Shown piece by piece: positions 1 to 7,396 of a stretch of 54,549 bases of DNA; the stretch's first letter is position 1, and each line of letters begins with the position of its first letter. The position numbers were made by a program, and so were the translations under genes. This stretch comes from Clostridia bacterium. Lineage in GTDB: Bacteria; Bacillota; Clostridia; Oscillospirales; CAG-272. Location: positions 1 through 54,549 of the forward strand of contig JAFYLR010000034.1 in the NCBI GenBank assembly GCA_017550115.1, in the 5' to 3' direction. Below the pieces are notes generated by a model. It ran no database searches. It was given only the letters and a program-made list of their open reading frames with translations, and was not told the origin of the DNA.

Positions 1-63
1 ACCATCCCCCACCAAGAAAAAGACCAGACACGAGGTCTGGTCTTTTGCTTGGTGGGGGATGGT
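1..63. repeat. Long inverted repeat (28 of 29 positions pair) that includes an inverted copy of the tRNA-Tyr 3' end; the inner stem doubles as a terminator
   Basis: 1-16 ACCATCCCCCACCAAG is the exact reverse complement of 48-63; 18-29 pairs with 35-46 (AAAAGACCAGAC/GTCTGGTCTTTT); 5-nt loop; one mismatch (17/47). Confidence 0.9.
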
Positions 64-134
64 GGATTCGGACCACCGAAGTCAGTGACAACAGATTTAC
101 AGTCTGCCCCCTTTGGCCGCTCGGGAAATCCCCC
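50..134 (-). tRNA. tRNA-Tyr(GTA)
   Basis: Minus strand GGGGGATTTCCCGAGCGGCCAAAGGGGGCAGACTGTAAATCTG...ATCCCCCACCA: 7-bp acceptor stem, GTA anticodon, long variable arm, encoded CCA. Confidence 0.97.
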
Positions 135-209
135 TGGAGCTGGTGATCGGAGTCGAACCAACAACCTGCTGATTACAAATCAGCTGCTCTGCCATTGAGC
201 CACACCAGC
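135..209 (-). tRNA. tRNA-Thr(TGT)
   Basis: Minus strand GCTGGTGTGGCTCAATGGCAGAGCAGCTGATTTGTAATCAGCAGGTTGTTGGTTCGACTCCGATCACCAGCTCCA: cloverleaf, TGT anticodon, CCA. Confidence 0.97.
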
Positions 210-251
210 AAATATTAAGTTTTGCCCTGCGTATTCCGCAGAACGTATTGT

Positions 252-280
252 ATTATATCACGCATTTATGCTTTTGTCAA
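252..280 (-). promoter_or_regulatory. sigma-A promoter of the tRNA-Thr/Tyr operon
   Basis: Minus strand TTGACA-17 bp-TATAAT with TG extension and upstream A/T tracts (UP-like). Confidence 0.9.
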
Positions 281-341
281 GACTTTTTTTAAAAAAAATT
301 AAAAACCGCAAATTGTGTGGAAAAAAGCTGAAAAGCGGTCA

Positions 342-641
342 TTAAAACCGCTTTTCAAGCTCGCTCTTCTGCATTATGCCAACGTGCTTTTCTGCGACAG
401 CCCCGTCCTTTATGAAAACCAACGTAGGTATGCTCATAATGCCAAGCTTCTGTGCAAGATCCGTTGCTTTGTCAACATCAACCTTCGCTATCAGCACGTC
501 AGGGTGGCTCTTGTCAAAATCCTCAAATATTTTCGACATCGTTCTGCAGGGGCCGCACCACTGTGCGTAAAAATCAATGACCCCGCTCGCACCCTCCGCT
601 AAAAGTGCCTCATAACCTTTTTCATCAATCTCTCTTATCAT
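342..641 (-). CDS. trxA: Thioredoxin
   Basis: 99 aa, DFYAQWCGPC active site, SIPTLVFIKDG motif. Confidence 0.95.
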   Translation of the reverse strand: MIREIDEKGYEALLAEGASGVIDFYAQWCGPCRTMSKIFEDFDKSHPDVLIAKVDVDKATDLAQKLGIMSIPTLVFIKDGAVAEKHVGIMQKSELEKRF

Positions 642-693
642 AAAAAATCCTTTCCGCGAGAGTTATATCTCGCTTTTTTTGCTTATATTATTG

Positions 694-722
694 ATTATAG
701 ACGAGTTTTATATACCCGTCAA
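694..722 (-). promoter_or_regulatory. sigma-A promoter of trxA
   Basis: Minus strand TTGACG-17 bp-TATAAT. Confidence 0.75.
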
Positions 723-783
723 TATAAAACAACCCGAAATATGAAACAAAACACAAAAAAATGCGTCTTTTTTTATAAACTTA

Positions 784-812
784 TTGAATTTTCACTCTAA
801 AGGGTGTAAAAT
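784..812 (+). promoter_or_regulatory. sigma-A promoter of the 841-4332 operon
   Basis: TTGAAT-17 bp-TAAAAT. Confidence 0.55.
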
Positions 813-840
813 GATTATTACTAAATACGGAGGTGTCGAA

Positions 841-1914
841 ATGTTGCAAAAGGAAAGAGTTCGTAATGTAATCAAAAAGGCAAAAACTGCTTTGCTTCGG
901 ACTCTGATAATTTTCGCCGTTACCTTGACTCTCCTTTTTGTCGGGCTTTATTCCGCTATGTTTTTGTTAGTCCACGGCCCGTCTCCGACCATAGGTAAGC
1001 TATTTATCCTTTCGCTTAAAGAAACGAGTGCGGCAGGCTTTATTGCCGATATGTTTATGAGCGAAGAAGAGATAGAAGCCTTAAGGTCCGAGCAAGCAGA
1101 AGAGCAGACGGCGGATATAAACGCTTCTCTGATAAAGCTTCCTCAAATCGATGACAACGACAACGTCTCTGACTATCCCTCAGACGACACTCCTGCAAAC
1201 GATGATAAAACTGACGCAAGACTTGAAGGTATAGAGGTATGTGATGTCAGAGGGGCAACGTACAACGGCAAAATGATTATCATCAAAGACCCTACGAGAG
1301 TTTTTGTTGGCGTTCCAGATGAATACGGAGAGGGAAAAAAGGGCCTTTCCTTATCTAAAATGATTGAAAAATACGACGCTCTCGGCGGTACTAACGCAGG
1401 CGGCTTCATTGACCCGAACGGAACGGGAACGGGAGGCGTGCCCGAGGGAATAGTTATAAGCGAGGGCTCTCTTCTGTGGGGGTCTCCCGACAGCACGTAC
1501 AGTATTGCAGGTCTTGATGCGAACGGTCTTCTTTACGTTGGCAAAATGACAGGCAAAAGAGCTATGGAGCTTGGCATAAAATATGCCGTAAGCTACGGCC
1601 CTGCTCTCATTATAAACGGTGAGCCCTGCAATTCAAGATACTCACTCGGCGGAGGTATCAACCCAAGAACCGCTATAGGTCAGCGTGCAGACGGAGCAAT
1701 ACTTCTGCTCGTCGTAAACGGCAGGCAGATAGACAGTCTTGGTGCTACGCTTGACGACCTGGTTGAGATAATGCTCTCTTTCGGGGCAGTCAACGCAAGT
1801 AATCTTGACGGAGGTTCTTCCTCTCTTATGAAGCTGAACGGCGAATATCTTAACAACAGCTCGTATATTCTCGGCGGAGAGCGTGTACTTGCCTCTACCA
1901 TTCTGATAAAATAA
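841..1914 (+). CDS. Membrane-anchored phosphodiester glycosidase family protein (NAGPA/DUF2233, EpsL-like)
   Basis: N-terminal TM helix; NAGGF, NPRTAIGQ and NLDGGSS motifs; start moved to ATG 841 behind a GGAGGT RBS. Confidence 0.85.
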   Translation: MLQKERVRNVIKKAKTALLRTLIIFAVTLTLLFVGLYSAMFLLVHGPSPTIGKLFILSLKETSAAGFIADMFMSEEEIEALRSEQAEEQTADINASLIKLPQIDDNDNVSDYPSDDTPANDDKTDARLEGIEVCDVRGATYNGKMIIIKDPTRVFVGVPDEYGEGKKGLSLSKMIEKYDALGGTNAGGFIDPNGTGTGGVPEGIVISEGSLLWGSPDSTYSIAGLDANGLLYVGKMTGKRAMELGIKYAVSYGPALIINGEPCNSRYSLGGGINPRTAIGQRADGAILLLVVNGRQIDSLGATLDDLVEIMLSFGAVNASNLDGGSSSLMKLNGEYLNNSSYILGGERVLASTILIK

Positions 1915-1930
1915 GGGTAAAGGAGCGAAA

Positions 1931-3634
1931 ATGGCAAAAGCAACGATAAACAGTTCCAAGAGAATGCCAAGAGAAAAGAAGCTTTCCCGTTTTTCTCAAG
2001 CACTCATAATATACATTATCACTCTTTCTTTATTTATTATATCTGGAATATGCGTCCTTTGCGGCTTCCTTTATACCTACGAGACGAATCTTCCCGAAAA
2101 AACAGCACAAAAATACGTGTCAAGTCTTGATGAAAACAAACTTGCAGAGCTTATCGAGAGCACTCTCGAAGACATAAGTGAGCTTGAAAGCTCATCTCTT
2201 CTGCTCGCACGGTCAGAGCACCTCTCGCATGAGATAACTCAGATGAAATATGCAAAAGAATATACTTCTATGCGACCTGTTTACCGCCTTATCTGCGGTG
2301 AGCACGATATCGGTAAGCTGACCTTGAGGAAATCCGCAAAAGACGCTCCTTTCGGTCTGTCTCGCTGGGAGATAGATAAAGTTGAGCTTTACCACGAAGC
2401 CATCGCAGGTGCAGGTGAGAAAAAAAGCTATACCGTCTGCGTTCCCGACGGTGCCTCTCTTGAGGTCAACGGCAAAAACGCGGGAACAAATTTCTTAAAA
2501 GAAAGAGCCGTAAAATATAGCGGAAAAAGCGTTTTGACGCCATCTGATACTCTTTGCGACATATATGTTTTAGATGGTCTTTATACTAAACCCGACCTTG
2601 AGGTTTCACATCTCGGTCAAAAAAACACTGTTCTTTTTGACGGCTCTGGTGCCGATTGGTTCACTCAAAGTGAACGTTGCTTTGTCTTGACCGTTCCGGA
2701 GGAGGCGTCTCTCACCGTGAACGGCAAAACACCCGAGGTCTCGCTTTCCACAAAAGGAGAGCTTACGCAGGGCGTCAGCACCTTTGAAAAGGAGCTTGGC
2801 GACAAGCTTCCAAAAGCCATTTCGTATTTTGTTTCGGGAACGAAAGCCGATGCCGATATTTCCGTATCCGTTCACGGCAAAGAGCTCTTCGGCGAATGGA
2901 TAAAGGACGAAAATGGCTACGATTCTGTTATTTATCTGTATTCCGAGGAGAGTAAATATCGCATAAATGCGATACTTCCCGAGGGTGCAACGCTTTATAT
3001 AAACGGTATCGAGGTCGGAAACGAATATATAAAGGAAAGCTCTCCGTACAGTATAGCGGAAAGAGTTTCTTATCTTTCAAAATCCCCCGATAAGCTTTCG
3101 GGCGTCTTGTATGAGATAGAGGGACTGCTCTGCCGTCCCGAGATAAAAGCAACGCTGGGAGAATACGAGCTTCCTTTGTGCTCATATACAGAGAGCAACC
3201 TCGCCATCTGTGCCGAGTTTTACGGTCAACCCGACGCCGCCCTTGAAAATTCATTCTCCTCTTATGCACAAAGCTATGCAAATTCATATATCTGCTACGT
3301 CTCAAACGGCGCCGTCGGTATTGAAGAAAACATTTCCGCTTTGCTTGAGCAAATGAAAAAGGGAAGTCCCGGCTATAAACAGATACAAAAATCAAAAAGC
3401 AGCTTTGAGTTCGTAAATCAAGCAACGTATAAGATAGACCATCTCGAAACGCTTAATTTTATACCCCTCGGTGAAGAGCTGTTTTTCTGTCAGACCGATT
3501 TCTCGGTCACGCTTCGTTATTACAAAACAGAAAAGCTTTATACAGGTAAGCTTTCACTCATCTTCGTCAAAGAAGAGGGGGGAGCGAAGGTCGCAGACCT
3601 TATAATTGACGGCAGTCAAGAGGATAAACAATAA
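1931..3634 (+). CDS. Membrane-anchored hypothetical protein with three PEGA-like repeats
   Basis: 567 aa, one N-terminal TM helix; repeats VPDGASLEVNG / VPEEASLTVNG / LPEGATLYING; AGGAG RBS. Confidence 0.75.
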   Translation: MAKATINSSKRMPREKKLSRFSQALIIYIITLSLFIISGICVLCGFLYTYETNLPEKTAQKYVSSLDENKLAELIESTLEDISELESSSLLLARSEHLSHEITQMKYAKEYTSMRPVYRLICGEHDIGKLTLRKSAKDAPFGLSRWEIDKVELYHEAIAGAGEKKSYTVCVPDGASLEVNGKNAGTNFLKERAVKYSGKSVLTPSDTLCDIYVLDGLYTKPDLEVSHLGQKNTVLFDGSGADWFTQSERCFVLTVPEEASLTVNGKTPEVSLSTKGELTQGVSTFEKELGDKLPKAISYFVSGTKADADISVSVHGKELFGEWIKDENGYDSVIYLYSEESKYRINAILPEGATLYINGIEVGNEYIKESSPYSIAERVSYLSKSPDKLSGVLYEIEGLLCRPEIKATLGEYELPLCSYTESNLAICAEFYGQPDAALENSFSSYAQSYANSYICYVSNGAVGIEENISALLEQMKKGSPGYKQIQKSKSSFEFVNQATYKIDHLETLNFIPLGEELFFCQTDFSVTLRYYKTEKLYTGKLSLIFVKEEGGAKVADLIIDGSQEDKQ

Positions 3635-3651
3635 AAGACAGGAGTTAACAA

Positions 3652-4332
3652 ATGAAAAAGACAGCTAAGCTATATAAATTTCCCATCGGAGCAGAATATT
3701 GGAAAAGTGCACTCGGGGAGCTGGAGGATATACGATGCCTCGTTATCTGTGCTCTGCTCTGTGCCATCGCCATCGTTATTGAGACGTTCCAAATTGCGAT
3801 AATACCGAACGTTCTTTATATTTCATTTTCGTTTGTTGCCATTTCTCTCTGCTCTTTTTTGACAGGGCCTATTATGGCTATCCCCTGCGGTATAATCGTA
3901 GATATCGTAGGAGCTCTTATAAACGGCTATTCCTTTTATTTCGGTTACACCCTCTCGGCAGTTCTCGGTGCTCTTATATACGCACTTTTCTTCTATCGAG
4001 CAAAAGTATCTTTCGAGAGAATAGCACTTGCAAGACTTTTGGTAAATATATTCGTAAACGTCCTCTTAGGCTCGCTTTGGCGTCTTGCATGGACAAGTAA
4101 GCACTATCTGACGCTCGTTATGCTTTCGGGCATAAAGAATATTTTGCTTTTCCCATTTGAAGTGTTTATTATGGTTATCTTCTTCCGCAGTATCCTGCCT
4201 CCGATCTCGCGCCTCGGTCTATGTCCGCCTCAAACCGTTTCGCTTTCAAAGACAAAGCTGATAATAACAGCGGCGGTGGCGGTCGCAGGCATGGCAGCAC
4301 TCATCTATTGTACTTCGAAAGGTCTTTTATAA
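3652..4332 (+). CDS. folT: ECF transporter S component, folate family (FolT-like)
   Basis: Very hydrophobic; GP...G...D pattern, YFGYTLSA, NVLLGSLW and KNILLFPFE segments typical of FolT. Confidence 0.75.
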   Translation: MKKTAKLYKFPIGAEYWKSALGELEDIRCLVICALLCAIAIVIETFQIAIIPNVLYISFSFVAISLCSFLTGPIMAIPCGIIVDIVGALINGYSFYFGYTLSAVLGALIYALFFYRAKVSFERIALARLLVNIFVNVLLGSLWRLAWTSKHYLTLVMLSGIKNILLFPFEVFIMVIFFRSILPPISRLGLCPPQTVSLSKTKLIITAAVAVAGMAALIYCTSKGLL

Positions 4333-4348
4333 TAACCATATAAATTTC

Positions 4349-4388
4349 GCCCGCTTTGTCCGCAGAATAAGACAAAGCGGGCAATTTT
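4349..4388. terminator. Intrinsic terminator between convergent genes
   Basis: 12-bp perfect stem GCCCGCTTTGTC/GACAAAGCGGGC with AT-rich flanks. Confidence 0.8.
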
Positions 4389-4403
4389 TATATTCCCGAA
4401 AGA

Positions 4404-4607
4404 TCAGTTTTCATATTCGGAAAGATCGATGTTCGCTATGTCCGCTTGACTTATCTTTCCTTTTGTTTTCTCGTAATATGCGATGTTGTTACGCAGCATG
4501 AACAAGAACTGATTGTTCGGCGTTCTTCCGTCACGCTGTGAAACAAAAAGAAATTTTCTCAACATCTCCTCGTTCATATGCAACTTTATCTCATAATTGT
4601 TTTTCAT
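4404..4607 (-). CDS. Small hypothetical protein, ribbon-helix-helix/Arc-like
   Basis: 67 aa from ATG 4607 behind a GGAGG RBS; IKLHM...LRKFLFVSQRDGRTPNNQ pattern; overlaps the upstream stop codon. Confidence 0.65.
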   Translation of the reverse strand: MKNNYEIKLHMNEEMLRKFLFVSQRDGRTPNNQFLFMLRNNIAYYEKTKGKISQADIANIDLSEYEN

Positions 4608-5866
4608 TTTTTGTCCTCCGTTTCTCTTGCACAAAAGCCCTCGACGCTCTCAAGCATCTCGCTGTATTCGTCCTTTGCGGAAACAGTCTCTTCCGCTTTG
4701 TTTTTCCCTGCCGAATGGGTATAAAGCCAAGCGCTGATGAGAGCCGTCAGCGGAAGCGTCATCAAAATACCTATACTTCCCACGAGTATCTTTAACATCT
4801 CGACGATTATAGATTCTATATTGAAAAGGTAAACGCTATTTGCCATATTGTTATAGAAATAGAGCAGCAGGCTGCACATCGAGCCGCCTATATAAGCAAG
4901 AATGAGCGTGTTTGACATAGTTCCTATAACGTCTCTGCCTATATTAAGTCCGGACGCAAAAAGCTCACGCATCTTGACGCTTTTCACCTTTGCGGCGATC
5001 TCCTTCAAGGAAGCCGAAATATCGACCGCAACGTCCATAACCGCCCCAACCGAGCCTATTATTATAGACGCATAAACAAGTGCTCGAAGGTCAATTCCGT
5101 CTCCGATATAAACGAGATGTATCGAATTCGGGTCGGCATTTCCCGTTATATGAATAAAAGCATCTGTTATAAAAGTCAAAAGAAGCGAAACGAGCACTCC
5201 GCCAACGCAGCCGAGCGATGCCGCCAAGCTCATGCGGCTGATTCCGTCCGTTATGCAAAGAGTCATAACTATTATATAAATGCACACGGCAACCGCCCAA
5301 AAATATATATTTCCGCCCAAAATAACGGCAGGAAAAAAGACAAATATCACCGCCGCTACCGTAAGTGCAAGAGAAAGGACTGTTTTAAGTCCTTTTTTTC
5401 TGCCGAAAAGGATAAGTAAAGCGGCAAACAGACAGACGAGAACTATTATCGCATCAGAACGGACAAAATCTATAAAATACCAATTCTCGTCGCCCTCAAA
5501 AAGCCCTACGATGACGCTGTCCCCCGCCTTTACTATTTGCGGATTGAAGTGTGCATAGGAGCTGTAGTTCTGATGAGAAATGACAGTCTCTCCCTTATGC
5601 TCTCCCGAGCTTGTTATCCTCGCCCTAAAAACGATATTCGATTCGATAAGCTCTCCGTCATCGCCATATTCGTCAAGGGTTTCGACAATCTCGCTGACCT
5701 TTGCTCGCAGATATAGCGTACCGTCAGCCGATGCATAAAAGCTATCTCCGCCTCTTGTTGCCGAAAATATTCCAATCGCCAAAACAACAATACACAGTGC
5801 CAAGACCGAAAAGTATATAACTTTTTCTCTCTTAACCGTTCTGCCACGGTCGTTTTTATTCTTCAT
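4604..5866 (-). CDS. YibE/F family membrane protein
   Basis: IIGSVGAVMDVAVDI, GRDVIGTMSNTLILAYIG and GSIGILMTLPLT motifs; multiple TM helices. Confidence 0.9.
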   Translation of the reverse strand: MKNKNDRGRTVKREKVIYFSVLALCIVVLAIGIFSATRGGDSFYASADGTLYLRAKVSEIVETLDEYGDDGELIESNIVFRARITSSGEHKGETVISHQNYSSYAHFNPQIVKAGDSVIVGLFEGDENWYFIDFVRSDAIIVLVCLFAALLILFGRKKGLKTVLSLALTVAAVIFVFFPAVILGGNIYFWAVAVCIYIIVMTLCITDGISRMSLAASLGCVGGVLVSLLLTFITDAFIHITGNADPNSIHLVYIGDGIDLRALVYASIIIGSVGAVMDVAVDISASLKEIAAKVKSVKMRELFASGLNIGRDVIGTMSNTLILAYIGGSMCSLLLYFYNNMANSVYLFNIESIIVEMLKILVGSIGILMTLPLTALISAWLYTHSAGKNKAEETVSAKDEYSEMLESVEGFCARETEDKK

Positions 5867-5908
5867 TTACAGCGTTCCTTTTTTTATTTTTTAAGAGCAG
5901 CTCTGCTA

Positions 5909-6697
5909 TCAACCTGTTTTTATACGTTTGACCGATACACAACGCTTGCTCGCAGGATCTATCTCAAAAACAGCACCGCACAGCACCGTCTCTCCCTCGA
6001 CAACCGAAAAACGCTGCGGCATCTGCGTCTTGAATTTCTCTATTATCGGATCAGGCTCGGCACCCAAGATCCCGTTTTGAGGCCCTGTCATACCAAGGTC
6101 GGTTATATATCCCGTACCGTTGGGCAAAATTCTCTCGTCTGCCGTCTGAACGTGAGTATGTGTTCCCCAAATAATATTTATCCTACCATCAAAGCAAAGT
6201 CCCATCGCAACCTTTTCCGACGTCGCCTCTGCATGAATATCAAGCAGAGAAAAATCGTATCTGCCCGCCTCTGCGGAAAGTATTCTCTCTACTGCCAAAA
6301 AAGGATTGTCAAGCGGGTCAAGAAAGACCGTTCCCTGCACGTTGATGCACAAGACCTTATATCCCTCAACGTTTATAATAGAATGTCCGACGCCGGGAGC
6401 AGAAGGAGGATAATTGGCAGGACGGAGAATACGGCTCTCCTCTTCAAGAAAGCTATAAATATCACGTCTGCCCCAGATATGGTTTCCCGAGGTTATAAGA
6501 TCAATGCCCGAGTTCAGCAGGTCCCCCGCCTCGCTCGTCCCGATTCCTCGAATATCACAAGCGTTCTCGCCGTTCGCAATAACGGCATCAACACCAAGCT
6601 CTGAACGAATATTCCACATATTTTTCTTCAAATATTCGACAGCACCCATGCCTACGATGTCACCCACCGCAAGTATCTTAATATTTTTTGAGAGCAT
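5909..6697 (-). CDS. ymdB: YmdB-like metallophosphoesterase (TIGR00282 family)
   Basis: GDIVG, NGEN, TSGNH, LRPANYP, DIHAEATSEK, GTHTHVQTAD and TDLGMTGP motifs. Confidence 0.95.
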   Translation of the reverse strand: MLSKNIKILAVGDIVGMGAVEYLKKNMWNIRSELGVDAVIANGENACDIRGIGTSEAGDLLNSGIDLITSGNHIWGRRDIYSFLEEESRILRPANYPPSAPGVGHSIINVEGYKVLCINVQGTVFLDPLDNPFLAVERILSAEAGRYDFSLLDIHAEATSEKVAMGLCFDGRINIIWGTHTHVQTADERILPNGTGYITDLGMTGPQNGILGAEPDPIIEKFKTQMPQRFSVVEGETVLCGAVFEIDPASKRCVSVKRIKTG

Positions 6698-7218
6698 TAT
6701 CTACCTCTTAATAATCTTCTTAAAGACTCGTTTTTATCAATAATTCCGCACAAAACAAGGAATATCAAAGCACCAACTGCTCCTTGAAGCAGGTTTGACG
6801 GTATCTCCGAAAGAGAAACTGTAAAGTTTCCGTACATAAAAGACCCGCCGAGATAATATCCGAGGGCATTTATGAGGACAGCCGCAATAAGTGCTATGTA
6901 ATTTCTCGGGCAGAGCAATTTTCCACCCTTTGAGCTGAAGGCGAGAGTCATTGCCGCCTTGATAAGTGCGGTTATGATTATCCATTGGGGATATCCTGCC
7001 GCAAGGTCGGCAAGAGATGCTCCGAGTGCCGCTGTTACAAGTGCAAAGGGTGTGGGCAGGAGAACCGCCGCAAAGCAGACTGCCGCATCTCCGAGATGCA
7101 CGTATCCCGTCGCTGTCGGAATCTTTAGCGACGACGTAAGCACGAAGATTATCGCCGCCAAAAGTGCCATTCTTGTAAGTAAAGAAATATGCTGAGATAT
7201 TTCTCTTTTCTTGTTCAT
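6697..7218 (-). CDS. ECF transporter S component (substrate unknown)
   Basis: IPTATGYVHLGDA, GASLADL, YPQW and EIPSNLLQ motifs; hydrophobic. Confidence 0.85.
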   Translation of the reverse strand: MNKKREISQHISLLTRMALLAAIIFVLTSSLKIPTATGYVHLGDAAVCFAAVLLPTPFALVTAALGASLADLAAGYPQWIIITALIKAAMTLAFSSKGGKLLCPRNYIALIAAVLINALGYYLGGSFMYGNFTVSLSEIPSNLLQGAVGALIFLVLCGIIDKNESLRRLLRGR

Positions 7219-7254
7219 TGAAAATCATCTCCTGTTTCTTGGTTTTATGAAAAT

Positions 7255-7283
7255 ATTATATAACACGAGTCTATATTTGTCAA
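7255..7283 (-). promoter_or_regulatory. sigma-A promoter of the ECF-S/ymdB/yibE operon
   Basis: Minus strand TTGACA-17 bp-TATAAT (perfect consensus). Confidence 0.85.
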
Positions 7284-7396
7284 TATCGGCAAGGGGAATA
7301 GCGACGAGCGTTTTGTGTTTTTTTCTAATAACTATATACAAAAACAAAAAATTATGGTACAATATCCTAAAGACAAAAACCGAGGTGCAAATCATC

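Noticed and set aside
316-324. Isolated DnaA-box-like TGTGGAAAA upstream of the tRNA promoter
   Set aside because: A single one-mismatch 9-mer is expected by chance in AT-rich DNA.
7211-7396. 62-aa N-terminal extension of the ABC subunit in the ORF track; likewise the longer starts for 784, 11529, 14938, 26879, 27006 and 36401
   Set aside because: Most extensions run through promoter or leader DNA, and better RBS-linked starts lie downstream.
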